Source of the DNA: Eledone cirrhosa
Lineage: Eukaryota
DNA: 64,000 nt
Assembly (NCBI GenBank): GCA_964016885.1
Contig: OZ024752.1
Location: forward strand, 29,822,001 to 29,886,000
Direction of reading: 5' to 3'
The notes beneath the pieces are model-generated. The model was not told where the DNA came from. It ran no database searches and saw nothing but the letters and a program-made list of their open reading frames with translations. Position numbers and translations under genes: made by a program. Positions 51,001 through 64,000 of this stretch are shown here, in pieces. Position 1 is the first letter of the stretch, and the number at the start of each line of letters is the position of its first letter.

Positions 51001-54000
51001 TGTGGTCACTGTAATAGATTGGCAGAGATGGTAATATTGTAGATGTGGGATGTGTGGTCATGGTAATAGGTTGCCAGAGATGGTAATATTGTAGATGTGG
51101 GATGTGTGGTCACCGTAATAGATTGGCAGAGATGGTAATGTTGTAGATGTGGGATGTGTGGTCACTGTAATAGATTGCCAGAGATGGTAATGTTGTAGAT
51201 GTGGGATGTGTGGCCACTGTAATAGATTGCCAGAGATGGTAATGTTGTAGATGTGGGATGTGTGGCCACTGTAATAGATTGCCAGAGATGGTAATGTTGT
51301 AGATGTGGGATGTGTGGTCACTGTAATAGATTGCCAGAGATGGTAATATTGCAGATGAGGGATGTGTGGTCACTGTAATAGATTACCAGAGATGGTAATG
51401 TTGTAGATGTGGGATGTGTGGCCACTGTAATAGATTGCCAGAGATGGTAATGTTGTAGATGTGGGATGTGTGGCCACTGTAATAGATTGCCAGAGATGGT
51501 AATGTTGTAGATGTGGGATGTGTGGTCACTGTAATAGATTGGCAGAGATGGTAATATTGTAGATGTGGGATGTGTGGTCACTGTAATAGATTGCCAGAGA
51601 TGGTAATGTTGTAGATGTGGGATGTGTGGTCACTGTAATAGATTGGCAGAGATGGTAATGTTGTAGATGTAGGATGTGTGGTCACTGTAATAGATTGGCA
51701 GAGATGGTAATGTTGTAGATGTGGCATGTGTGGTCACTGTAATAGATTGGCAGAGATGGTAATGTTGTAGATGTGGGATGTGAGGTCACTGTAATAGATT
51801 GCCAGAGATCGTAATATTGTAGATGTGGGATGTGTGGTCACTGTAATAGATTGCCAGAGATGGTAATGTTGTAGATGTGGGATGTGTGGTCACTGTAATA
51901 GATTGGCAGAGATGGTAATATTGTAGATGTGGCATGTGTGGTCACTGTAATAGATTGGCAGAGATGGTAATATTGTAGATGTGGGGTGTGTGGCCACTGT
52001 AATAGATTGGCAGAGATGGTAATATTGTAGATGTGGGATGTGTGGTCACTGTAATAGATTGGCAGAGATGGTAATGTTGTAGATGTGGGATGTGTGGTCA
52101 CTGTAATAGATTGCCAGAGATGGTAATATTGTAGATGTGGGATGTGTGGCCACTGTAATAGATTGCCAGAGATGGTAATATTGTAGATGTGGGATGTGTG
52201 GCCACTGTAATAGATTACCAGAGATGGTAATATTGTAGATGTGGGATGTTTGGCCACTGTAATAGATTGCCAGAGATGGTAATATTGTAGGTGTGGGATG
52301 TGTGGCAACTGTAATAGATTGGCAAAGATGATAATATTGTAGATGTGGCATGTGAGGTCACTGTAATAGATTGGCAGAGATGGTAATATTGTAGATGTGG
52401 GATGTGTGGCCACTGTCATAGATTGGCAAAGATGGTAATATTGTAGATGTGGGATGTGAGGTCACTGTAATAGATTGCCAGTGATGGTAATGTTGTAGAT
52501 GTGGGATGTGAGGTCACTGTAATAGATTGGCAGAGATGGTAATGTTGTAGATGTGGGATGTGTGGTCACTGTAATAGATTGGCAGAGATGGTAATGTTGT
52601 AGATGTGGCATGTGTGGTCACTGTAATAGATTGGCAGAGATGGTAATGTTGTAGATGTGGGATGTGAGGTCACTGTAATAGATTGCCAGAGATCGTAATA
52701 TTGTAGATGTGGGATGTGTGGTCACTGTAATAGATTGCCAGAGATGGTAATGTTGTAGATGTGGGATGTGTGGTCACTGTAATAGATTGGCAGAGATGGT
52801 AATATTGTAGATGTGGCATGTGTGGTCACTGTAATAGATTGGCAGAGATGGTAATATTGTAGATGTGGGGTGTGTGGCCACTGTAATAGATTGGCAGAGA
52901 TGGTAATATTGTAGATGTGGGATGTGTGGTCACTGTAATAGATTGGCAGAGATGGTAATGTTGTAGATGTGGGATGTGTGGTCACTGTAATAGATTGCCA
53001 GAGATGGTAATATTGTAGATGTGGGATGTGTGGCCACTGTAATAGATTGCCAGAGATGGTAATATTGTAGATGTGGGATGTGTGGCCACTGTAATAGATT
53101 ACCAGAGATGGTAATATTGTAGATGTGGGATGTTTGGCCACTGTAATAGATTGCCAGAGATGGTAATATTGTAGGTGTGGGATGTGTGGCAACTGTAATA
53201 GATTGGCAAAGATGATAATATTGTAGATGTGGCATGTGAGGTCACTGTAATAGATTGGCAGAGATGGTAATATTGTAGATGTGGGATGTGTGGCCACTGT
53301 CATAGATTGGCAAAGATGGTAATATTGTAGATGTGGGATGTGAGGTCACTGTAATAGATTGCCAGTGATGGTAATGTTGTAGATGTGGGATGTGAGGTCA
53401 CTGTAATAGATTGGCAGAGATGGTAATGTTGTAGATGTGGGATGTGTGGTCACTGTAATAGATTGCCAGAGATGGTAATGTTGTAGATGTGGGATGTGTG
53501 GTCACTGTAATAGATTGCCAGAGATGGTAATATTGTAGATGTGGGATGTGTGGTCACTGTTATAGATTGGCAGAGATGGTAATGTTGTAGATGTGGGATG
53601 TGAGGTCACTGTAATAGATTGCCAGAGATCGTAATATTGTAGATGTGGGATGTGTGGTCACTGTAATAGATTGCCAGAGATGGTAATGTTGTAGATGTGG
53701 GATGTGTGGTCACTGTAATAGATTGGCAGAGATGGTAATATTGTAGATGTGGCATGTGTGGTCACTGTAATAGATTGGCAGAGATGGTAATATTGTAGAT
53801 GTGGGGTGTGTGGCCACTGTAATAGATTGGCAGAGATGGTAATATTGTAGATGTGGGATGTGTGGTCACTGTAATAGATTGCCAGAGATGGTAATATTGT
53901 AGATGTGGGATGTGTGGCCACTGTAATAGATTGCCAGAGATGGTAATATTGTAGATGTGGGATGTGTGGCCACTGTAATAGATTACCAGAGATGGTAATA

Positions 54001-57000
54001 TTGTAGATGTGGGATGTTTGGCCACTGTAATAGATTGCCAGAGATGGTAATATTGTAGGTGTGGGATGTGTGGCAACTGTAATAGATTGGCAAAGATGAT
54101 AATATTGTAGATGTGGCATGTGAGGTCACTGTAATAGATTGGCAGAGATGGTAATATTGTAGATGTGGGATGTGTGGCCACTGTCATAGATTGGCAAAGA
54201 TGGTAATATTGTAGATGTGGGATGTGAGGTCACTGTAATAGATTGCCAGTGATGGTAATGTTGTAGATGTGGGATGTGAGGTCACTGTAATAGATTGGCA
54301 GAGATGGTAATGTTGTAGATGTGGGATGTGTGGTCACTGTAATAGATTGCCAGAGATGGTAATGTTGTAGATGTGGGATGTGTGGTCACTGTAATAGATT
54401 GCCAGAGATGGTAATATTGTAGATGTGGGATGTGTGGTCACTGTAATAGATTGGCAGAGATGGTAATGTTGTAGATGTGGGATGTGAGGTCACTGTAATA
54501 GATTGGCAGAGATGGTAATGTTGTCGATGTGGGATGTTTGGCCACTGTAATAGATTGGCAGAGATGGTAATATTGTAGATGTGGGATGTGTGGTCACCGT
54601 AATAGATTGCCAGAGATGGTAATATTGTAGATGTGGGATGTGTGGTCACCGTAATAGAATTGGCAGCGATGGTAATGTTGTAGATGTGGGATGTGTGGTC
54701 ACTGTAATAGTTTGCCAGAGATGGTAATGTTGTAGATGTGGGATGTTTGGCCACTGTAATAGATTGTCAGAGATGGTAATATTGTAGATGTGGGATGTGT
54801 GGTCACCGTAATAGATTGCCAGAGATGGTAATATTGTAGATGTGGGATGTGTGGTCACTGTAATAGATTGGCAGAGATGGTAATGTTGTAGATGTGGGGT
54901 GTGTGGTCACTGTAATAGATTGCCAGAGATGGTAATATTGTAGATGTGGGATGTGTGGTCACTGTAATAGATTGGCAGAGATGGTAATGTTGTACATGTG
55001 GGATGTGTGGTCATTGTAATAGATTGGCAGAGATGGTAATGTTGTAGATGTGGGATGTTTGGCCACTGTAATAGATTGGCAGAGATGGTAATATTGTAGA
55101 TGTGGGATGTGTGGTAACCGTAATAGATTGCCAGAGATGGTAATATTGTAGATGTGGGATGTGTGGTCACCGTAATAGATTGGCAGAGATGGTAATGTTG
55201 TAGATGTGGGGTGTGTGGTCACTGTAATAGATTGCCAGAGATGGTAATATTGTAGATGTGGGATGTGTGGTCACTGAAATAGATTGGCAGAGATGGTAAT
55301 GTTGTAGATGTGGGGTGTGTGGTCACTGTAATAGATTGCCAGAGATGGTAATATTGTAGATGTGGTATGTGAAGTCACTGTAATAGGTTGCCAGAGATGT
55401 TAATATTGTAGATGTGGGATGTGTGGTCACCGTAATAGATTGCCAGAGATGGTAATATTGTAGATGTGGGATGTGTGGTCACTGTAATAGATTGCCAGAG
55501 ATCGTAATATTGTAGATGTAGGATGTGTGGTCACTGTAATAGATTGCCAGAGATGGTAATGTTGTAGATGTGGGATGTGTGGTCACTGTAATAGATTGCC
55601 AGAGATGGTAATATTGCAGATGAGGGATGTGTGGTCACTGTAATAGATTGCCAGAGATGGTAATGTTGTAGATGTGGGATGTGTGGTCACTGTAATAGAT
55701 TGGCAGAGATGGTAATGTTGTAGATGTAGGATGTGTGGTCACTGTAATAGATTGCCAGAGATGGTAATGTTGTAGATGTGGGATGTGTGGTCACTGTAAT
55801 AGATTGGCAGAGATAGTAATATTGCAGATGAGGGATGTGTGGTCACTGTAATAGATTGCCAGAGATGGTAATATTGTAGATGTGGGATGTGTGGTCACTG
55901 TAATAGATTGCTAGAGATGGTAATATTGTAGATGTGGGATGTGTGGCCACTGTAATAGATTGCCAGAGATGGTAATATTGTAGATGTGGGATGTGTGGTC
56001 ACTGTAATAGATTGGCAGAGATGGTAATATTGTAGATGTGGGATGTGAGGTCACTGTAATAGATTGCCAGAGATGGTAATGTTGTAGATGTGGGATGTGA
56101 GGTCACTGTAATAGATTGCCAGAGATGGTACTGTTGTAGATGTGGTATGTGAGGTCACTGTAATAGATTGGCAGAGATGGTAATGTTGTAGATGTGGGAT
56201 GTGTGGTCACCGTAATAGATTGCCAGAGATGGTAATATTGTAGATGTGGGATGTGTGGTCACCGTAATAGATTGCCAGAGATGGTAATGTTGTAGATGTG
56301 GGATGTGTGGTCACTGTAATGGGTTGCCAGAGATGGTAATGTTGTAGATGTGGGATGTGTGGCCACTGTAATAGATTGGCAGAGATGGTAATATTGTAGA
56401 TGTGGGATGTGTGGTCACTGTAATAGGTTGCCAGAGATGGTAATGTTGTAGATGTGGGATGTGTGGCCACTGTAATAGATTGGCAGAGATGGTAATATTG
56501 TAGATGTGGGATGTGTGGTCACTGTAATAGATTGGTAGAGATGGTAATATTGTAGATGTGGGATGTGTGGTCACTGTAATAGATTGCCAGAGATGGTAAT
56601 ATTGTAGATGTGGGATGTTTGGCCACTGTAATAGATTGGCAAAGATGGTAATATTGTAGATGTGGGATGTGTGGTCACTGTAATAGTTTGGCAGAGATGG
56701 TAATGTTGTAGATGTGGGATGTGTGGTCACTGTAATAGGTTGCCAGAGATGGTAATGTTGTAGATGTGGGATGTGTGGTCACTGTAATAGGTTGCCAGAG
56801 ATGGTAATGTTGTAGATGTGGGATGTGTGGTCACTGTAATAGATTGGCAGAGATGGTAATATTGTAGATATGGGATGTGTGGTCACTGTAATAGATTGGC
56901 AGAGATGGTAATATTGTAGATGTGGGATGTGTGGTCACTGTAATAGGGTGCCAGAGATGGTAATGTTGTAGATGTGGGATGTGTGGTCACTGTAATAGAT

Positions 57001-60000
57001 TGGCAGAGATGGTAATATTGTAGATGTGGGATGTGAGGTCACTGGAATAGATTGGCAGAGATGGTAATATTGTAGATGTGGGATGTGTGGACACTGTAAT
57101 AGGTTGCCAGAGATGGTAATGTTGTAGATGTGGGATGTGAGGTCACTGTAATAGATTGTCAGAGATGGTAATGTTGTAGATGTAGGATGTGTGGTCACTG
57201 TAATAGATTGCCAGAGATGGTAATGTTGTAGATGTGGGATGTGTGGTCACTGTAATAGATTGGCAGAGATGGTAATGTTGTAGATGTGGGATGTGAGGTC
57301 ACTGTAATAGATTGGCAGAGATGGTAATATTGTAGATGTAGGATGTGTGGTCACTGTAATAGATTGGCAGAGATGGTAATGTTGTAGATGTAGGATGTGT
57401 GGTCACTGTAGTAGATTGCCAGAGATGGTAATGTTGTAGATGTGGGATGTTTGGCCACTGTAATAGATTGGCAGAGATGGTAATATTGTAGATGTGGGAT
57501 GTGTGGTCACTGTAATAGATTGGCAGAAATGGTAATATTGTAGATGTGGGATGTGTGGTCACTGTAATAGGTTACCAGAGATGATAATGTTGTAGATGTG
57601 GGATGTGAGGTCACTGTAATAGATTGGCAGAGATGGTAATGTTGTAGATGTGGGATGTGTGGTCACCTTAATAGATTGCCAGAGATGGTAATATTGTAGA
57701 TGTGGGATGTGTGGTCACTGTAATAGATTGGTAGAGATGGTAATATTGTAGATGTGGGATGTGTGGTCACTGTAATAGATTGGCAGAGATGGTAATGTTG
57801 TAGATGTGGGATGTGTGGTCACCGTAATAGATTGCCAGAGATGGTAATATTGTAGATGTGGGATGTGTGGTCACTGTAATAGATTGGCAGAGATGGTAAT
57901 GTTGTAGATGTGGGATGTGTGGTCACTTTAATAGGTTGCCAGAGATGGTAATATTGTAGATGTGGGATGTGTGGTCACTGTAATAGCTTGCCAGAGATGG
58001 TAATATTGTAGATGTGGGATGTGTGGTCACCGTAATAGATTGCCAGAGATGGTAATATTGTAGATGTGGGATGTGTAGTCACTGTAATAGATTGCCAGAG
58101 ATGGTAATATTGTAGATGTGGGATGTGTGGTCACTGTAATAGATTGGCAGAGATGGTAATATTGTAGATGTGGGATGTGTGGTCATGGTAATAGGTTGCC
58201 AGAGATGGTAATATTGTAGATGTGGGATGTGTGGTCACCGTAATAGATTGGCAGAGATGGTAATGTTGTAGATGTGGGATGTGTGGTGACTGTAATAGAT
58301 TGCCAGAGATGGTAATGTTGTAGATGTGGGATGTGTGGTCACCGTAATAGATTGCCAGAGATGGTAATATTGTAGATGTGGGATGTGTAGTCACTGTAAT
58401 AGATTGCCAGAGATGGTAATATTGTAGATGTGGGATGTGTGGTCACTGTAATAGATTGGCAGAGATGGTAATATTGTAGATGTGGGATGTGTGGTCATGG
58501 TAATAGGTTGCCAGAGATGGTAATATTGTAGATGTGGGATGTGTGGTCACCGTAATAGATTGGCAGAGATGGTAATGTTGTAGATGTGGGATGTGTGGTG
58601 ACTGTAATAGATTGCCAGAGATGGTAATGTTGTAGATGTGGGATGTGTGGCCACTGTAATAGATTGCCAGAGATGGTAATATTGCAGATGAGGGATGTGT
58701 GGTCACTGTAATAGATTGCCAGAGATGGTAATGTTGTAGATGTGGGATGTGTGGTCACTGTAATAGATTGGCAGAGATGGTAATGTTGTAGATGTAGGAT
58801 GTGTGGTCACTGTAATAGATTGCCAGAGATGGTAATGTTGTAGATGTGGGATGTGTGGTCACTGTAATAGATTGGCAGAGATAGTAATATTGCAGATGAG
58901 GGATGTGTGGTCACTGTAATAGATTGCCAGAGATGGTAATATTGTAGATGTGGGATGTGTGGTCACTGTAATAGATTGCTAGAGATGGTAATATTGTAGA
59001 TGTGGGATGTGTGGCCACTGTAATAGATTGCCAGAGATGGTAATATTGTAGATGTGGGATGTGTGGTCACTGTAATAGATTGGCAGAGATGGTAATATTG
59101 TAGATGTGGGATGTGAGGTCACTGTAATAGATTGCCAGAGATGGTAATGTTGTAGATGTGGGATGTGAGGTCACTGTAATAGATTGCCAGAGATGGTACT
59201 GTTGTAGATGTGGTATGTGAGGTCACTGTAATAGATTGGCAGAGATGGTAATGTTGTAGATGTGGGATGTGTGGTCACCGTAATAGATTGCCAGAGATGG
59301 TAATATTGTAGATGTGGGATGTGTGGTCACCGTAATAGATTGCCAGAGATGGTAATGTTGTAGATGTGGGATGTGTGGTCACTGTAATGGGTTGCCAGAG
59401 ATGGTAATGTTGTAGATGTGGGATGTGTGGCCACTGTAATAGATTGGCAGAGATGGTAATATTGTAGATGTGGGATGTGTGGTCACTGTAATAGGTTGCC
59501 AGAGATGGTAATGTTGTAGATGTGGGATGTGTGGCCACTGTAATAGATTGGCAGAGATGGTAATATTGTAGATGTGGGATGTGTGGTCACTGTAATAGAT
59601 TGGTAGAGATGGTAATATTGTAGATGTGGGATGTGTGGTCACTGTAATAGATTGCCAGAGATGGTAATATTGTAGATGTGGGATGTTTGGCCACTGTAAT
59701 AGATTGGCAAAGATGGTAATATTGTAGATGTGGGATGTGTGGTCACTGTAATAGTTTGGCAGAGATGGTAATGTTGTAGATGTGGGATGTGTGGTCACTG
59801 TAATAGGTTGCCAGAGATGGTAATGTTGTAGATGTGGGATGTGTGGTCACTGTAATAGGTTGCCAGAGATGGTAATGTTGTAGATGTGGGATGTGTGGTC
59901 ACTGTAATAGGTTGCCAGAGATGGTAATGTTGTAGATGTGGGATGTGTGGTCACTGTAATAGATTGGCAGAGATGGTAATGTTGTACATGTGGGATGTGT

Positions 60001-63000
60001 GGTCATTGTAATAGATTGGCAGAGATGGTAATGTTGTAGATGTGGGATGTTTGGCCACTGTAATAGATTGGCAGAGATGGTAATATTGTAGATGTGGGAT
60101 GTGTGGTAACCGTAATTGATTGCCAGAGATGGTAATATTGTAGATGTGGGATGTGTGGTCACCGTAATAGATTGGCAGAGATGGTAATGTTGTAGATGTG
60201 GGGTGTGTGGTCACTGTAATAGATTGCCAGAGATGGTAATATTGTAGATGTGGGATGTGTGGTCACTGTAATAGATTGGCAGAGATGGTAATGTTGTAGA
60301 TGTGGGGTGTGTGGTCACTGTAATAGATTGCCAGAGATGGTAATATTGTAGATGTGGTATGTGAAGTCACTGTAATAGGTTGCCAGAGATGTTAATATTG
60401 TAGATGTGGGATGTGTGGTCACCGTAATAGATTGCCAGAGATGGTAATATTGTAGATGTGGGATGTGTGGTCACTGTAATAGATTGCCAGAGATCGTAAT
60501 ATTGTAGATGTAGGATGTGTGGTCACTGTAATAGATTGCCAGAGATGGTAATGTTGTAGATGTGGGATGTGTGGTCACTGTAATAGATTGCCAGAGATGG
60601 TAATATTGCAGATGAGGGATGTGTGGTCACTGTAATAGATTGCCAGAGATGGTAATGTTGTAGATGTGGGATGTGTGGTCACTGTAATAGATTGGCAGAG
60701 ATGGTAATGTTGTAGATGTAGGATGTGTGGTCACTGTAATAGATTGCCAGAGATGGTAATGTTGTAGATGTGGGATGTGTGGTCACTGTAATAGATTGGC
60801 AGAGATAGTAATATTGCAGATGAGGGATGTGTGGTCACTGTAATAGATTGCCAGAGATGGTAATATTGTAGATGTGGGATGTGTGGTCACTGTAATAGAT
60901 TGCTAGAGATGGTAATATTGTAGATGTGGGATGTGTGGCCACTGTAATAGATTGCCAGAGATGGTAATATTGTAGATGTGGGATGTGTGGTCACTGTAAT
61001 AGATTGGCAGAGATGGTAATATTGTAGATGTGGGATGTGAGGTCACTGTAATAGATTGCCAGAGATGGTAATGTTGTAGATGTGGGATGTGAGGTCACTG
61101 TAATAGATTGCCAGAGATGGTACTGTTGTAGATGTGGTATGTGAGGTCACTGTAATAGATTGGCAGAGATGGTAATGTTGTAGATGTGGGATGTGTGGTC
61201 ACCGTAATAGATTGCCAGAGATGGTAATATTGTAGATGTGGGATGTGTGGTCACCGTAATAGATTGCCAGAGATGGTAATGTTGTAGATGTGGGATGTGT
61301 GGTCACTGTAATGGGTTGCCAGAGATGGTAATGTTGTAGATGTGGGATGTGTGGCCACTGTAATAGATTGGCAGAGATGGTAATATTGTAGATGTGGGAT
61401 GTGTGGTCACTGTAATAGGTTGCCAGAGATGGTAATGTTGTAGATGTGGGATGTGTGGCCACTGTAATAGATTGGCAGAGATGGTAATATTGTAGATGTG
61501 GGATGTGTGGTCACTGTAATAGATTGGTAGAGATGGTAATATTGTAGATGTGGGATGTGTGGTCACTGTAATAGATTGCCAGAGATGGTAATATTGTAGA
61601 TGTGGGATGTTTGGCCACTGTAATAGATTGGCAAAGATGGTAATATTGTAGATGTGGGATGTGTGGTCACTGTAATAGTTTGGCAGAGATGGTAATGTTG
61701 TAGATGTGGGATGTGTGGTCACTGTAATAGGTTGCCAGAGATGGTAATGTTGTAGATGTGGGATGTGTGGTCACTGTAATAGGTTGCCAGAGATGGTAAT
61801 GTTGTAGATGTGGGATGTGTGGTCACTGTAATAGATTGGCAGAGATGGTAATATTGTAGATATGGGATGTGTGGTCACTGTAATAGATTGGCAGAGATGG
61901 TAATATTGTAGATGTGGGATGTGTGGTCACTGTAATAGGGTGCCAGAGATGGTAATGTTGTAGATGTGGGATGTGTGGTCACTGTAATAGATTGGCAGAG
62001 ATGGTAATATTGTAGATGTGGGATGTGAGGTCACTGGAATAGATTGGCAGAGATGGTAATATTGTAGATGTGGGATGTGTGGACACTGTAATAGGTTGCC
62101 AGAGATGGTAATGTTGTAGATGTGGGATGTGAGGTCACTGTAATAGATTGTCAGAGATGGTAATGTTGTAGATGTAGGATGTGTGGTCACTGTAATAGAT
62201 TGCCAGAGATGGTAATGTTGTAGATGTGGGATGTGTGGTCACTGTAATAGATTGGCAGAGATGGTAATGTTGTAGATGTGGGATGTGAGGTCACTGTAAT
62301 AGATTGGCAGAGATGGTAATATTGTAGATGTAGGATGTGTGGTCACTGTAATAGATTGGCAGAGATGGTAATGTTGTAGATGTAGGATGTGTGGTCACTG
62401 TAGTAGATTGCCAGAGATGGTAATGTTGTAGATGTGGGATGTTTGGCCACTGTAATAGATTGGCAGAGATGGTAATATTGTAGATGTGGGATGTGTGGTC
62501 ACTGTAATAGATTGGCAGAAATGGTAATATTGTAGATGTGGGATGTGTGGTCACTGTAATAGGTTACCAGAGATGATAATGTTGTAGATGTGGGATGTGA
62601 GGTCACTGTAATAGATTGGCAGAGATGGTAATGTTGTAGATGTGGGATGTGTGGTCACCTTAATAGATTGCCAGAGATGGTAATATTGTAGATGTGGGAT
62701 GTGTGGTCACTGTAATAGATTGGTAGAGATGGTAATATTGTAGATGTGGGATGTGTGGTCACTGTAATAGATTGGCAGAGATGGTAATGTTGTAGATGTG
62801 GGATGTGTGGTCACCGTAATAGATTGCCAGAGATGGTAATATTGTAGATGTGGGATGTGTGGTCACTGTAATAGATTGGCAGAGATGGTAATGTTGTAGA
62901 TGTGGGATGTGTGGTCACTTTAATAGGTTGCCAGAGATGGTAATATTGTAGATGTGGGATGTGTGGTCACTGTAATAGCTTGCCAGAGATGGTAATATTG

Positions 63001-64000
63001 TAGATGTGGGATGTGTGGTCACCGTAATAGATTGCCAGAGATGGTAATATTGTAGATGTGGGATGTGTAGTCACTGTAATAGATTGCCAGAGATGGTAAT
63101 ATTGTAGATGTGGGATGTGTGGTCACTGTAATAGATTGGCAGAGATGGTAATATTGTAGATGTGGGATGTGTGGTCATGGTAATAGGTTGCCAGAGATGG
63201 TAATATTGTAGATGTGGGATGTGTGGTCACCGTAATAGATTGGCAGAGATGGTAATGTTGTAGATGTGGGATGTGTGGTGACTGTAATAGATTGCCAGAG
63301 ATGGTAATGTTGTAGATGTGGGATGTGTGGTCACCGTAATAGATTGCCAGAGATGGTAATATTGTAGATGTGGGATGTGTAGTCACTGTAATAGATTGCC
63401 AGAGATGGTAATATTGTAGATGTGGGATGTGTGGTCACTGTAATAGATTGGCAGAGATGGTAATATTGTAGATGTGGGATGTGTGGTCATGGTAATAGGT
63501 TGCCAGAGATGGTAATATTGTAGATGTGGGATGTGTGGTCACCGTAATAGATTGGCAGAGATGGTAATGTTGTAGATGTGGGATGTGTGGTGACTGTAAT
63601 AGATTGCCAGAGATGGTAATGTTGTAGATGTGGGATGTGTGGCCACTGTAATAGATTGCCAGAGATGGTAATATTGCAGATGAGGGATGTGTGGTCACTG
63701 TAATAGATTGCCAGAGATGGTAATGTTGTAGATGTGGGATGTGTGGTCACTGTAATAGATTGGCAGAGATGGTAATGTTGTAGATGTAGGATGTGTGGTC
63801 ACTGTAATAGATTGCCAGAGATGGTAATGTTGTAGATGTGGGATGTGTGGTCACTGTAATAGATTGGCAGAGATAGTAATATTGCAGATGAGGGATGTGT
63901 GGTCACTGTAATAGATTGCCAGAGATGGTAATATTGTAGATGTGGGATGTGTGGTCACTGTAATAGATTGCTAGAGATGGTAATATTGTAGATGTGGGAT
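27055..64000. repeat. 52-bp satellite array, ~710 units, running off the window end (TGTAGATGTGGGATGTGTGGTCACTGTAATAGATTGSCAGAGATGGTAATRT)
   Basis: TCACT occurs at 27136 and 63903; the distance of 36767 equals 707x52+3. No foreign insertion was seen. All 87/139-aa minus-strand ORFs here are translations of the unit. Confidence 0.99.

Noticed and set aside
27038-63750. Many 87-193 aa His/Thr/Pro-rich minus-strand ORFs
   Set aside because: The 52-bp unit is not a multiple of 3, so frames rotate and hit the TGA in GTGACC. ORF lengths simply track the GGCCA/GGACA/GGTAA variants that remove this stop.

Overview
AT-rich, repeat-dominated eukaryotic (animal) DNA. The SINE and LINE remnants suggest an octopus-like coleoid cephalopod, which is an inference and not a database result. 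Bases 1-27 kb are a patchwork of microsatellites, four minisatellites (variable ~40-bp, 42-bp, 41-bp and 30-bp units), about 20 tRNA-derived SINE copies or fragments (five with exact 12-19 bp target-site duplications), decayed RTE and L1/Tx1 LINE pieces, and small piggyBac-, Tc2- and Tc1/mariner-type MITEs. From ~27055 to the window end is one uninterrupted 52-bp satellite of about 710 units. It shows only +3 bp net length drift and has nested higher-order duplications. Most ORFs in the supplied track are artefacts of these repeats. The only convincing host coding sequence is absent from the track: a 107-nt minus-strand exon (7007-6901) encoding one ankyrin repeat, with canonical splice sites, plus a weaker candidate terminal exon at 596-539. 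If its upstream exon lies beyond the window, the >37-kb satellite sits inside a >57-kb intron. I found no CRISPR array, prokaryotic system or other confidently new protein-coding system.
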